In this document: in pieces, positions 1 through 13,205 of the stretch
Layout: the number at the start of each line of letters is the position of its first letter
Position numbering within the stretch: position 1 is the stretch's first letter
Origin: Okamejei kenojei
Lineage: Eukaryota
DNA: 64,000 bases
Direction of reading: 5' to 3'
Assembly: GCA_035221665.1 (NCBI GenBank)
Contig: CM069141.1
Location: 47,492,001-47,556,000 of the forward strand
Position numbers and translations under genes: made by a program
Notes under the pieces: model-generated
What the model was told of the DNA's origin: nothing
Seen by the model: only the letters and a program-made list of their open reading frames with translations
The model's database searches: none

Positions 1-1524
1 GTGTTTCTAACCCCCCCCCCCCCATCCCTCTCTCACGCACACAAACATTCCCACGTGCGCGCGCGCACTCCACTGTGATTATAATTACTCTTTATAATTA
101 CGACGGCACATCATTCCCCAAAGATGCATGCTTCGTCTTATCAGTTGTTTTGCCTTTGGCAAAAGCGTATAAAAGGAAATAGGAATTCCACTACGTAGAT
201 TAAGCATCCAGATATGAAACATTTGGATTATTTATTTATTTTTTTTACTTACAGGCTGTGATACAAAATCAAATACAGAAATGAATATATAAATCAATTT
301 AGACAGATATGGTTAAATAACAAAGAACGTCATACTTTCACTACAGAATCCAGTATCCATCTTTCCGGCCATGTCTCCATCTATATCTTGCTTTATCATT
401 TTGCAGCTATCTTCGGTAGACGAGAGTGTATTAGGTTAGATTATTGTCATATACGCCAGGTGCAACGAAATTCCCTGCAAACACGCTGCTCACCGAGAAT
501 AGAATATACATAGGATAATGAAAAATAGCACATTAAATATAAGGATGTGTGAAAACCGCAGAATGTTAACTAAATTGCAATGCAAATCCGAATAGTGCAA
601 ACGTACACGTAAGGTTAATAACAAAATCAATAAACAAGGAGCAGATAAGGACAAGAGGACGGGATGGCAGCTCCGTCAATGGGAAAATGATGATAAACAG
701 CAATAATAATTTCCAACTGTCTAACATCTGCTGGTCAACATTTCCAAAGCCAGTTGCGGATGAAGGCAATAAGGCCAAAGTTCAGGTGTTTTGAGATGAT
801 CTTATTCAGTATTATGGCACTTAAGTCTGAGCTGCACTTAATGAAGAATATCTTGCCAAAGGTGTTCTGTTGTCAAGGTGATTCGTGGCGCAATGCAATA
901 CAAGGTAGATGGCATACTCTGTGAACATGTTTTCCTGCAATACCATTCTTTCATAGCATTTCATTATTTTCAGTGTTAGAGCTTACGGGCGGTAGTCAAT
1001 GAGAAAGCTCACTATTTTTCGTAAGTGCTGTCATGATGGAGGTCACTTGAAGCAGATCGGCACAGAAAACTGCTGACGTGGGATGTTAGAGATGACAATG
1101 AAAACTATGGCCAGTTCATTGGCGCTCAATTTCAGAACCAATGCAGGAACTCTATTTAGGTTGGCCACTTTCTAAGAATGTGCTCTTATTAAAGCAAGCC
1201 GACCTGAGTCTGCCACTGTGGTGTCTAGTGCTAAACTAGCAGTGGGGGGGGGGGGGGGGGGACGGCTTTGGGTCCGGGCCTTAGTAAAGAGTGAGTCTGC
1301 CTGTTCACGCATGGGTTATGCAAAGATATCCCTAAATTGTCCTTGACAGAATATATACATTACAACTGGATGAAGTGGCCATGAGCATGTTCTGCTCCAC
1401 TGACTCAAGGTAGTCCTGAAGTTGATCAACCGCCCTCCACTGACAACATGTGCTTTACACTTTTCGTTGCTGCTTTGCGTTTCAGTCTTTATTTTTTATC
1501 GTTTCGACTGCAGAAGCAACTTCA

Positions 1525-1990
1525 ACGAATAACTTGACTAAAATAATCCCAGCACTAATCCTCGTGAAACACCCATAGTCACAGACAACCTGTCAGATAA
1601 ACACACTTCCACAACTACCGTTTGTCTTCTCTGGCCAAGCCAATTTGGAATCTAATGGACTCACCATGCTCATTCCACTTCGGGATCGGCCTACCACGAG
1701 GAACCAGTCGTAAGTCTTAAGGAAGTCCATGTCAGCAACATTCACTCCCGTTCCCTCATCAATCAAATTCGTCATCTCCTCCAAGATACTCAATCAAGCA
1801 TGCGAGACAGAACCCGCTAGGAACACAGCCATGCTGACCCTTCATAATATGTCCGTGATTATCCAAATGCAACTAATCCGACTCCTAAGAATCCTCTCCA
1901 ATAACTCTCCAATAACTTTCCTGCCTACTGATGTAAGACACGCCATCCTATAATTTGCTGGATTAAACCCGATGTCATTCTCAAAGGAAC
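1525..1990 (-). mobile_element. Old degenerate CR1-type LINE RT fragment
   Basis: Minus ORF 1593-1793 (ILEEMTNLIDEGTGVNVADMDFLKTYD) resembles the CR1 RT segment FFEEVT..VDEG.AVDVVYMDFSKAFD. Boundaries approximate. Confidence 0.6.
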
Positions 1991-2064
1991 TTTAGGATTA
2001 GGTTTATTATTGTCATGTGCACCGAGATACAATAAAAAGCTCTGTTTTGCAAACTATCCAATCA

Positions 2065-2455
2065 AATTCCCTCCCTCCAAACAGAGCAGAGATAATGCTC
2101 TCTAATCCTCACCCTACATTACAACCAGCCATCACATTCAAGATATGATCTTCCTGATTACAATCAGCGACAACGGGACCCTACCACATCTTCCTCCCAA
2201 TACTTCACGTTTTCCGCGGGACCCACTTTCTCCGTGATAGCCTGGTTCCGTCACCCCTCTCTCCATATATCTCTCCATAATCCCTAGCCCTTTCCTCAAA
2301 AACCTGTTGGTTGCACAGCACTTGGTCCCATAACTTATCTCACCACCATACGGGGACGTAAATAGCCCTTCCAAGTGAGGCAAAGTTTCGTGCGCACTTC
2401 CTCCAACATAGTCGATGCTCTAATATGACCTCGACTACATCATCGAATACACACC
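2065..2455 (+). mobile_element. Penelope-like element remnant (RT to GIY-YIG linker region)
   Basis: Degenerate plus-strand translation PFQVRQSFVRTSSNIV and preceding FRGTHFLRDSLV-like text resemble the fish/shark Penelope segments FRRDRSLRDSLV and FQVRQRFTCTSSN. Recognised from memory, not from a search. Confidence 0.6.
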
Positions 2456-2620
2456 CGCAATGGTGTACGTACAGTGCTCAGCCAAAAAAACAAACATCAT
2501 AAACATTATATTTGAAAAGAGTAGCTCTTAATCTATGACAAATAGGAATCTCCAGGCATAAGGATAATGTGAAACAGATGTAGAGAATAAACCGCATTAA
2601 ATATTGGTTGCAGCTAATTA

Positions 2621-2652
<32 letters not shown>

Positions 2653-2760
2653 CTTATCTCACCACCATACGGGGACGTAAATAGCCCTTCCAAGTGAGGC
2701 AAAGTTTCGTGCGCACTTCCTCCAACATAGTCGATGCTCTAATATGACCTCGACTACATC
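2330..2760 (+). repeat. Exact 112-bp direct duplication (2330-2441 = 2649-2760); second copy embedded in a (TA)n microsatellite
   Basis: Base-for-base identical. (TA)n at about 2623-2651, and TATATATAT follows the second copy. Confidence 0.9.
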
Positions 2761-3193
2761 TACTATATATATCTCCAGTGAAAGAAAAGTTAATTTGTTG
2801 CATCCTCAACTCGTCTGTGTTCAGTGTAAGGTACCACTGCAATATTATTAAGCGAGACAGCTTACATTACAAACTTGACCACTTTTGATATTGGGCGAAT
2901 CTGCTGTTAGAGAAAATACAATTAGATGCACATGAATGTGAGGGACGATTCGCATTTTGCGCCTGTTAATTCCCGGGATAAAATCTATGGCGAGAATGTC
3001 AGTTTTACTTGCCTATCCTTTTTTATGGAATTAATGGTGCAAAAGGAAAATGTTATTGTACCAAGATACATGTAACAATAAAGTACCTTTGAACTATTGA
3101 ACAGGGGTATCGATGCACCATCCTCTTGGATTTATGTACTCCATACAGTGCTGTGCCTGTTTTGCATTGCGTAAGGCAATATTTCATACCGAG

Positions 3194-3497
3194 GCTGATG
3201 GGTATATGAAACAAACTGCCTGCGGAGGTCGGTGAGACAGGTACTACAACAACTAAAAAGACAGACAAAAAGTGCTGGAGTAAATCAGCGGGTCAGGGTA
3301 AGGGTAATCTTTCAGGTTAGCACTCTTCTTCAGACTGCTAAAATACGTTTGGACAGGTACATGGATCGGAAAGGCTTAGAGGATTATGGTCCAAACGCCG
3401 GAAGGTGGGACTCGCATTTATGGGACACTTTTTTGGCATTACCAGGTTGTCCGAAGGGCCTGCTTCCGTGCTGTATGACTCGATGGTTCTATGACTG
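3194..3497 (+). mobile_element. CR1-type LINE 3' end fragment interrupted by a Penelope-derived short element (about 3262-3337)
   Basis: LDRYMDRKGLEDYGPNAGRWD-type CR1 C-terminus and 3' tail (ccgaagggcctgcttccgtgctgtatgact...ctatgact). The insert begins agacaaaaagtgctggagta. Confidence 0.7.
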
Positions 3498-4340
3498 CCT
3501 GTTAGACATTCCAATCAATAATGTCACAGTGATGTAACCACTTTTGATTATAAACAGTGACGTATCGGGCATTTGTTCATTTTATGTTTTGCAATCCTCA
3601 TTGCATCCAAGGATGGACATTAGAGAGAAGTACTGTTCTTCCTCCATTGATATATCGTAATTAGTACCAATCAAAAGCAAATATGATTTGTTCATTTGAT
3701 ACATCGTTCATTGTTCCATTATTGTGTATTAATGAGGTGAGTCATTCTGATTGACCCCTCTGATACGTTAGATTATGGACAATGTTGCGCTAGTCTAAAT
3801 ATTGCAGGTTTTTGGTTGACGTGTGCATCTGTGCGCGCGTGCGTGCGCGCGTGCGTATGGCTCTATTGATAGAAAAATGCTCTCAAAATAAGTACGTTCG
3901 TAGGAGTACAAATAAAGCGAAGCAACATGCTGCATACGGTGGAAGTTTGAGATACAAAGAGAAATGCAGGACATATGTAGCATGTCGTAAATATGTGTTC
4001 TAAAATAATTAAAATTGTTATTCCACGCCATGAACTTTACTCAGAATTTGAAGAAATAAATTGCAGACATGTAACAGATTTTACGCAACTGCAATTACAA
4101 GAAGCGAAGGAGGATGGAAACAGAAATGAAAAATCCGTGAAGTGGCAAACATCGAAGAGATCAGTGGTAAAGCCATGTTGTCTTTTCTTCCGCTTCTTCC
4201 TAAATCCAATTTTATTGTATTCTATTATTTTCGTCAATGTGATTGCACTAGTTTCAATCGTGTAGTGGCAATCTCTTTGTTCTGATGTACATTTCGACGT
4301 GAAATATTAACTTTGTATTTGGCTGAAGCCTCGTTTTACA

Positions 4341-4458
4341 GTCACAAGAAGGGTCCCGACCGAAACGTCATCTATCCATTCCATCCGTAGATGTTGCGTG
4401 ACAAGTTGACTTCTTCAAGCACTTGTTGTGTAGCTCAAGATTCCAGCAACAGCGGTTC
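4341..4458 (+). mobile_element. Degenerate Penelope-derived short element
   Basis: aagaagggtcccgaccgaaacgtcatctatccatt matches the family seen intact at 27564-27764. Confidence 0.55.
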
Positions 4459-5268
4459 ATTGAGTCTCATCGAGTCTGAATGAGATTATAGGACTTACTT
4501 TACCTTCTACAGCAAAGATGCTGCGCTACCTTACGATCTTAAAATACCATGATCCAGATCAAATGCCTGTGTCGATACCCTTTTCGATGCAAAATATACC
4601 TTCAGCAGTCCAGCTACATGGGGGCAGAACATATTATGGACTGAGAATAAGGAGAGTCGTGAGTCCATCAACCTACCACTTTACCTCCCACCATCTCTCA
4701 TGGGTCTAGTCATAACCAATACCTTATCAGTGCTGTGCATAAAAGTGAGGTAACGTTGCTTACTGGTTTTCCTATTATTATTTTACTCGAACATATAGGC
4801 ACTTTTATATAGTTTCACAAACTCCGTTATGGTTCTCGCAATATGCCTCTCGTGATATTGTGATATGCTTGAACGCGTGGACAATGCTTCATATCAGTGA
4901 TTTGCCTGCAAATTGCGAGAAAATGCAGCGATTACCAAGTTCTTTTATCGACAGTATCATCATATTCGTCAGGTTACCTATGTTGTTCTTTTAATGTTAA
5001 TTTGAAAAAGGTAATTGACGAACTTCAGAAAGTGTCTTGCAGAAGAATGGATTTGAATTCGGTGTCATAGATCATATAAAGGACGGTACTGCACACAGAT
5101 TTAAAAGTTATTATCAATCCTTCCACATTTTCACTTCTTAGCACCGTTCGGCATGTGATCTCAAACAGAACCAAAATTCTATACGGGTGCTTATTTTTTC
5201 TTATACTGCGAAAGTGACAGAATTAAAAGATATTACCTTCAGTCAGCTCTTGAAATTTATATTCTATA

Positions 5269-5339
5269 ACTAAATTATATTGGAACCATCCACATATATT
5301 TTGATTTAACACTAAATTATATTGGAACCATCCACATAT
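5269..5339 (+). repeat. 29-bp direct repeat, period 42
   Basis: actaaattatattggaaccatccacatat at 5269-5297 and 5311-5339. Confidence 0.85.
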
Positions 5340-5518
5340 TGTCGTTGATAATTCTTTTACGGAAATATTAGGTGTGAGAGTTGTTAAAGTCAGAAATGTC
5401 ACAAAGGGAGAAATATTGTCATTTTTGAATCTATTAGGTTGGTCAGCATTACGTTGCAACCAAGATTCATGTACTAACGTTGACCAATATTTTCAAGAAG
5501 GTCACGGTTTATTGTGAT

Positions 5519-7360
5519 AATAGACAATAGACAATAGACAATAGACAATAGACAATAGGTGCAGGAGTAGGCTATTCGGCCCTTCGAGATAACACCGCCA
5601 TTCAATGTGATCATGGCTGATCATATCCAATCAGTACCCCGTTCCTGCCTTCTCCCCATATCCCCCGACTACGCTATTTTTAAGCCCTATCTAGCTCTCT
5701 CTTGAAAGCATCCAGAGAACCTGCCTCCACCGCCATCTGAGGCAGAGAATTCCACAGACTCACCACTCCCTGTGAGAAGAAGTGTTTCCTCGTCTCCGTT
5801 CTAAATGGCTTACTCCTTATTCTTAAACTGTGGCCCCTGGTTCCGGACTCCCCCAACATCGGGAACATGTTTGCTGCCTCTAGCGTGTCCAACCCCTAAA
5901 CAATCTTATGTTTCAATGAGATCACCTCTCATCCTTCTAAACTCCAGAGTGTAGAAGCCCAGCTGTTCCATTCTCTCAGCATATGACAGTCCCGCCATCC
6001 CGGGAATTAACCTTGTAAACCTACGCTGCACTCCCTCAATAGCAAGAATGTCCTTCCTCAAATTAGGGGACTAAAACTGCACACAATACTCCAGGTGTGT
6101 TCTCACTAGTGCTCTGTACAACTGCAGAAGGACCTCTTTGCTCCTATATTCGATTCCTCTAGTTACAAAGCCAACATGCCATTCGCTTCAATGCCAACTT
6201 TACCTGCATGCTTACGTTCATAGACTGATGAACAAGGACCCCCAGATCCCGTTGTACTTCCCCTTTTCCCAACTATGCCATTTGGATAATAATCCGCCTT
6301 CCTGTTTTTGCTACCAAAGTGGATAACCTCACATTGATCCGCATTAAACTTCATCTGCCATGCATCAGCCCACTCTCCCAACGTGTCAAAGTCACCCTGC
6401 TTTCTCATAGCATCCTCTTCACAGTTCACACGGCCACCCAGCCTTGTATCATCTGCAAATTTGCTAATGTTACTTTGAATCCCTTCATCCAAATCATTGA
6501 TGTATATTGTAAATAGCTGCGGTCCCAGCACCAAGCCTTGCGGTATCCCACTAGTCACTGCCTACCATTCTGAAAGGGACCCGTTAATCCCTACTCTTTG
6601 TTTCCTGCCTGCCAACCACTTCTCTATCTATGTCAGCACTCTACCCCCAATACCATGCGCCCTCATTTTGCCCACTAATCTCCTATGTGGGACCTTATCA
6701 AATGCTTTCTGAAAGTACAGGTACACTACATCCACTGGCTTTCCCTTGTCCATATTCCTAGTTACATCTTCAACAAATTCCAGAAGATTTGCCAAGCATG
6801 ATTTCCCCTTCGTAAATCCATGCTGACTCGGACCGATCCTGTTACTGCTATCCAAATGTTCGGCTATTTAATCATTTATCATTGACTCCAGCATCTTCCC
6901 CACCACTGATGTCAGGCTAACCTATCTATAATTCCCTGTTTTCTCTCTCCCGCCTTTCTTAAAAAGTGGGATAACATTAGGTACCCTCCAATCCACAGGA
7001 ACTGATCCTGAGTCTATAGAACTTTGGAAAATTATCACCAATGCATCCACGATTTCTAGAGCAACTTCCTTAAGTACCCTGGGATGCAGACCATCGGGCC
7101 CTGGGGACTTATCAGCCTTCAGTCCCATCAGTCTATCCAACACTATTTCCTTCAGTTCCTCAGTCACCCCAGATCCTCTGGCCACTACTATACCAGGAAG
7201 ACTGTTTGTGTCCTCCTCAGTGAAGACAGATCCAAAGTACCTGTTCAACTCATATGCCATTTCCTTATTCCCCATAATAAATTCACATTTTTCGGTCTTC
7301 AAGGCTTCAACTTTGGTCTTAACTATTTTTTTTCATCTTCACATACCTAAAGAAGCTTTA
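5519..7360 (-). mobile_element. 5'-truncated CR1 (HER1-like) LINE with frameshifted ORF2 RT and (ATTGTCT)n tail
   Basis: Minus ORFs contain DKSPGPDGLHPRVLKE, QHGFTKGKSCLANL, SGIPQGLVLGPQLFTIYINDLD and SKFADDT. The tail is (tagacaa)x5 at 5519-5558. Candidate TSD ATTGTGAT at 5511-5518 and 7369-7376. Confidence 0.95.
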
Positions 7361-7380
7361 TTGTAGTAATTGTGATTTAT

Positions 7381-7422
7381 TGTAGTTATAAGCTGAGACA
7401 CTTTGTGTCGCTGTCTACCAAT
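7381..7422 (+). promoter_or_regulatory. cPcdh promoter CSE / CTCF site of exon V1
   Basis: TGTAG-ttataagctga-GACACTTTGTGTCGCTGTCTACCAAT. The CGCT box and 22-bp core are identical in six promoters. Confidence 0.9.
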
Positions 7423-7573
7423 GAGGTGTTGAAATCTAGCCAGAGCTCCGCCGCCCATCCTCGCATTCCAGGGCGTGGACGCAAAAGCATTGCTGGTGCT
7501 TAACGTGAAACAAGCCGCCGGTCTTCCAGCCCTTCACTCCAGGACCTCAGTCATTTAATTTACATGCAATTAA

Positions 7574-10025
7574 CAGTTACAAGAAGAGTGTAGACGGACG
7601 CAAAAAGGACTTGTGACACCGTCCATCTTTCTTCTTTGTGCCTGGATTCTCGTTTCGGGTCAACTTCGTTACAGTATTCCCGAAGAGGAAAAGCATGGAA
7701 CTCTCGTTGGTAAAATCGCAGAAGATTTAGGGCTAGCCGTGGAAGAACTACTACGTCGCAGATTTCGAATTGTTTCTGATTCACCACCGCAGTATCTGGA
7801 TATTGATCTAACTACTGGAATATTATTTGTGACTAAAATGATAGATAGGGAGGAACTGTGTCCGGAAAGCCAGCTCTGCGTCCTGCCTTTAGAAGCTCTA
7901 ATTGAACGTCCAGTGGAACAGTATCGCGCTGAAATCGAGATATTGGATATTAATGACAAATCTCCCAGATTCCCGGTTAGTGAAATACGTTTGGAAATCG
8001 CTGAATTCGCGATACCCGGAGCGCGTTTTCCGTTACCAGATGCACACGATTCTGACGTCGGGGTAAATTCCATTCGCACGTACCAGCTGTCTGCGAATGA
8101 CCATTTTGTATTAGTTGTTCAGATCCGCGGGGAAGCAAAATTCCCGGAATTTATATTGACAAACGCCATCGACCGAGAGAGACAATCGCTAGATCGGTTA
8201 TTGCTCACAGCTTTGGATAGTGGATCTCCGCAAAGGACGGGCAATGTAATTATTATTGTGTTGGATGCTAATGATAATTCGCCGGTTTTCCAACAATCCT
8301 TGTATATTGTCAGGCGAATGGAAAATGTGCCGTCCGGCACTGGTGATCTAACTTAATGCAAGCGATTTATATACGGGATCCAATAACGACATTGCTTATT
8401 CTTTCAGCGGATATAATAAAGCGCGGGTGAGTGAACTGTTTGCCATTAATCCTATATCGGGGGAGATCACAGTTAAAGGACTTTTGAACTTCGAGGAAAC
8501 AAGTAATTATGAACTTGACGTGGAAACGAAGGACATGGGTTTGCACCCTTTATTCACACACTGCACGATCCAAGTGAATCTCAACGATGTGAACGATAAC
8601 GCTCCTGATTTTGCTCCAAGTACTATTCCTAACATAATACGGGAAGATGCGCCGACTGGAACATTGCTAGCTTTAATCAATGTGAGAGACAGGGACTCTC
8701 ATGCAAACGGACACGTTGATTGCAACATCTCGCCAAATCACCCGTTTGCTCTCAAAACATCCTTTAGAAATTCATATAGGTTGGTGATAGATGATATATT
8801 GGATCGAGAACTAGCTTCTGAGCATAAAATCTCAATTAATTGCAAGGACCGGGGATCTCCTCCGCTATCCACCACCAAAACGTTTATCATACACATTTCA
8901 GATATTAACGATAACGCACCGATTTTCCAGCTGGCTTCATACACAGTTCACGTTATGGAAAACCATCCACCCGGGAGTTCCATCGGAAGGGTGTCTGCTA
9001 TAGACGGTGACATAAACTTGCACTCCTACCTTTCTTATACTATCCTGGAGAGCGAGGTGCAGAATGCGCCTTTACCTTCCTACGTCTCGATCAACCCTTC
9101 GCAGCGTGCATTTGATTACGAGCACCTTAAAAACTTCCAGTTCACAATTCAAGCGCAAGACAGTGGAATCCCACCACTTTCCACCAATGTTACTGTGAAG
9201 GTGGTTATCCTTGATCAGAATGACAATCCACCTGTGATAAAAATTCCAGAGTCATCGAATTATAGCATGACAGCTATACCACGATCGGCAAGCCCAGGAT
9301 ACCTAGCAATCAAAATTATTGATTCCGATGCCGATTCTGGTCAGAATGCACGCCTTTTCTATCATATTCTAAGTGCTACAGATCCTGGACTGTTTACTAT
9401 TTCACGTAATTCAGGAGAAGTTCGAACAGCTCGTTATTTCAAGGACACTGATGCCATCATACAAAAAATCATTATACATGTGAGAGACAATGGCCATCCT
9501 ACGCTGTCCGCCACGACTACTGTTACCCTCTCAGTTGTTGAACAGATCGCAGAAATACGTTCAGACTTTGGAGAGCCAAGCACGCATTTACAGAATTCAT
9601 ATGATTTACCCTTTGTTATCGTCATTTCTTTGGGGCTATTATCATTCATACTTCTGGTCGTTATAATTGCCCTATCTGTCGGAATTTGGCTGATTAACAG
9701 AAGGCCAACCTATGCCATAAGAAGACCTTGTGCGCCATGTTGCTGCATCGGTGACTAGGAATCTGAGCGCCAAATACGGAACGCTCACCTCAATCTGCCG
9801 TTTGCATCTGATCAAAAAATGATTACGAATGTCCTGGAGGTACGAAGGGGCGGTTCGCTAGATACATACCACTGCAGAGTTCGCACGACAGCTCAAGGAA
9901 ATACAACTGCGTTTACGACCCCTTTCTGTCCAACAACAGCAGAATCTAATGATTGGAATCCCGGAATATCTTCGGATCAGCTTTACGCGAAAGAAACCAG
10001 TGATCAAACTGATAAACGTAAAAAT
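7574..10025 (+). pseudogene. Clustered protocadherin variable exon V1, pseudogene
   Basis: QLRYSIPEE EC1 start, C-X5-C (CPESQLC), DxNDN and DRE motifs, TM. Lesions: CAG at 7574 where V2 has ATG; frameshift plus TAA at about 8340-8350; in-frame deletions in EC2 and EC5; TAG at 9756 with the frame continuing to donor GTAAGT at 10026. Confidence 0.9.
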
Positions 10026-11288
10026 GTAAGTAGCATCCTCAAGTAATAACAACCTACATACAAATATCGATTCCATAAATACACCGCTACTCATCCAGCA
10101 GAGGCCAACATCTTTGTGCTTGTCTGTCGTAATATCTTAACGATTTTTAATCAATGTATCAATTATCCTTTGAGGCTATTTCAAGAAATAAAAGGAATAA
10201 TATTCCATGATTTTTCATCAAAATAACCTATGATAAATCACTCGAGATCTGAATCATCTTGTAATTAAGTGTAGCGATAAATTATTCTCGTTCGCGTACA
10301 GTAAAAAAAAAAGATTAGGCTATGAGAAACAAGAATATATGTGAACTATTTTGCAATACTTAGCCTATCTTTATTGTAAATCAAAGTCTCTTCAGTCCCT
10401 AGACTGATTATATAGCATGATATTGTCACTTTTTAGTAGGCCTATAAATACAACGAATGGGAAAATAAAAACATATTTGCGCTCTGACGTATTGTTAGAT
10501 TTATTCATTCAATACCTGTTTAGTTCTGCTGACAAGACACAAAACTCCTTTCTTTTTTTAAATTCCTTTTTGCATTCATCTGTGCAACGTGGACAATAAT
10601 ACTGAACACAATATGTATTGTCCATTGCCAATAGTCCTTGAATGTTGGTGTGAAATATATTCTAAAAATGCTATAATTTACAGTGAAGTGTTGCATAATT
10701 TTGACACAGCAAGAACAAATAAATGGTGAGATGGTTGCGTCACAATGCTGGTGCTCATTATAATCCTATACGAATAACAATTTAAATCATATTTCACATT
10801 CTCTGCATGACTTTATTCCTCACCAGATGACCTTCAGTCAACGCAAATTATTTCTACAATCTGCACCACGAGTCAAAAGTGTGATGGGATATTTTTTCTT
10901 GTCGGACATCATTCATGAACTTCGACAATTTGCATTAGAAAGGCTCCATCATGACTGGTTTGCTGACTCATCCCTCACCCACGCTCCAGAATCCTATACA
11001 TTCATCCCATAAATCACAAATGCACAGTTCCTATGTTTATTGATTGTTCCTGGCATTCTTTCATGTAGTTCCAGAAAACAGCTGCTCTCTGCATAAAAAA
11101 GTACATTTTACTACATATCTGAATTCACGCCTGAAAACGTGAATACGGCACAACGAAAGGTATGATTAATATCATTTCAAAGCGCAATTGAATATGAGTA
11201 AAGGGTAGAAATTCTATAGTGCATCACTATTTACAGTTGCGTGTCAAATACCTGCAAACTGAAAATCGGTAAGGGGACACATTAAATC

Positions 11289-11491
11289 GCAGATGCTGGG
11301 ATCTTGCATATTCCAGGACTTGCTGGTGTAACTCAGCTAGCGAGGCAGCATCCACGGAGGACATGGATAAGTATCGTTTTGGGCGGGACCCTTCTTAGAC
11401 GTTCAGAGTCCGCAGAACGGTCTCGATCTGAAAATACGCCTTTCCATGTCCTCTAGAGAAGCTATGACTTCCCCGCTGAGTTACTCCAGCA
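11289..11491. mobile_element. Degenerate palindromic Penelope-derived element
   Basis: tgctggtgtaactcagc ... gctgagttactccagca inverted arms; same family as 27564-27764. Confidence 0.7.
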
Positions 11492-12905
11492 TTGCATTTT
11501 AAACCGTAAATGATCATAGCTCTCAGCGCGGGTGCAGCATTGCTATTACAAATGCACTATGGCAAAAGATATGTTGTTCAATAGTTTGACACATTCTTGT
11601 AGTTTGACGTGGATTACATTATGTTTCACTGTGTTGTAATTCTGTGCTACCCCCCTCCCCCCCACACACACACCCATCCCAAATTGTTTTAAAAAACAGA
11701 CATTCCTTCTGTTCAAGCCTCATGTGCCTATCAGCTGCGGGCTCTTCCAATTTGCTTCCGTAATTAGAAATGTGGTTTGAACATTTGTTTATCTGTATTC
11801 CCCTTATTAAGTCGATGCGCACACGTGCTCTTATTCATGCTACAGCATTTGTGGAATAGCACAGTGCAGAGAAAATCCACGTCCGTCCAAGATGTCTGAA
11901 TCCAAATGATACAAAGGCAAGGATCTAAAAGCAAAGAGTGAGACGATCGTCATCTCATTCCATGTGAATATAGAACGTGAAGCAGTGTAACCATGAGAAG
12001 CCACGAAAAACCTGTTCAAGGAGAAAACAACCGATTCATTGGATTTAAGCCTCGTGCAATGTAAGATTATAGTTTTCTTTGGGAGAACAGCCAACGCAGT
12101 TCCGTGAGGGAATACCGATACCCAGCACCCGCTGAGTTTCTCCAGATTTTTGTGTAACCCCAGCAATTCTCAGCTACTTTATCAATAATGTTAATGTCGA
12201 TTGCACCACGCTCAATTCCATTCAGAGCATGTCGTCATGTGCATAACCACATGCGTATAAATGGTAAATTCCAGACAATATGCAGACATCGATTGATGGG
12301 TAGCACTGGCAGTAATCACTCCACGGAGGTTTCAGGCAACTGCCATGTCGAAGCAAATATAGCCATATATTCTTGATGTTCAATCTCATTACCATCGTTT
12401 ATTTCCTAACCATGAACATTTCAGGAGGTTAATATTAATTACTACGCCACTGGAGCAGTCAAATAACTACCGTGGCTCGAAGAACACGTCAGGGGCTTGC
12501 AGAGGTCTGATATGCACCAAACTCGCATTCTGCAAAGCATGATTCAGGACTATGTTAAATTAAACAATTTTCACCTGATATTTGCATCTGAGGGGTGGGA
12601 GATTTGGAACCTTACGTGGTCCGCCCAGTTTCGAGAAAAGCAATTAACCCGGCGTGCACAAACAAATAAGATCAAATAGAACAAGTTGTCCGACTACTTT
12701 AGGCTGTGCACGCCATACGCAAGAAGAAGAAGAAGCATCTGCAACACCACTCGTCAATCTCAGCATCGTCCACATAAAGTTACCTGCATCACAGATAACT
12801 CTTCTATTTTCCAAAATATTCTTTTCACTGTCCGTCGGTGTAAAATGTTTGAAGTTGGCACCCTCTACAAAAAGTAGTGGAATTGCCCGCATAGGATATA
12901 TGGAC

Positions 12906-13205
12906 CTTAGACTTTAGAGATACAACATAGAAACAGGCCCTTCGGCACATGGCGTCCGCGCCGACAAGCGATCACCCTGTACACAGGCACTATACTTCAC
13001 ACATAAGACAATTTAGAATTTACAGAAGCCAATTAACCTGCAACCCAGTACGTCTTTGGAGTGTCGGAAGAAATTGAGTGAGCCAGAGAAACCCACGCGG
13101 TCACAGGGAGAACGTACAAACTCCATACAGATAACACCGTGGTCAGGATCGAACCCGGGTCTCTCACGCCGAAAGGCAGCAACTATACTGCTGGGCCACT
13201 GTGAC
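12906..13205 (-). mobile_element. tRNA-derived SINE (HE1/V-SINE-like, sharks and rays)
   Basis: Minus strand has an A box TGGCCCAGCAG and B box GGTTCGATCC, the central tgtatggagtttgtacgttctccc block, and a CR1-derived 3' tail ccgaagggcctgtttctatgttgtatctct. Confidence 0.85.

Noticed and set aside
3829-3857. Alternating purine-pyrimidine (Z-DNA-prone) tract; also 54-67 and (CA)n near 40968
   Set aside because: Ordinary short microsatellites with no positional link to promoters.
8340-8430. Programmed frameshift or micro-intron rescuing V1
   Set aside because: The alternative frame has its own TAA, and V1 carries several other independent lesions including loss of the ATG.
13135-13205. tRNA gene on the minus strand
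   Set aside because: The A and B boxes belong to a SINE head continuous with a SINE body and LINE-derived tail; no convincing cloverleaf.
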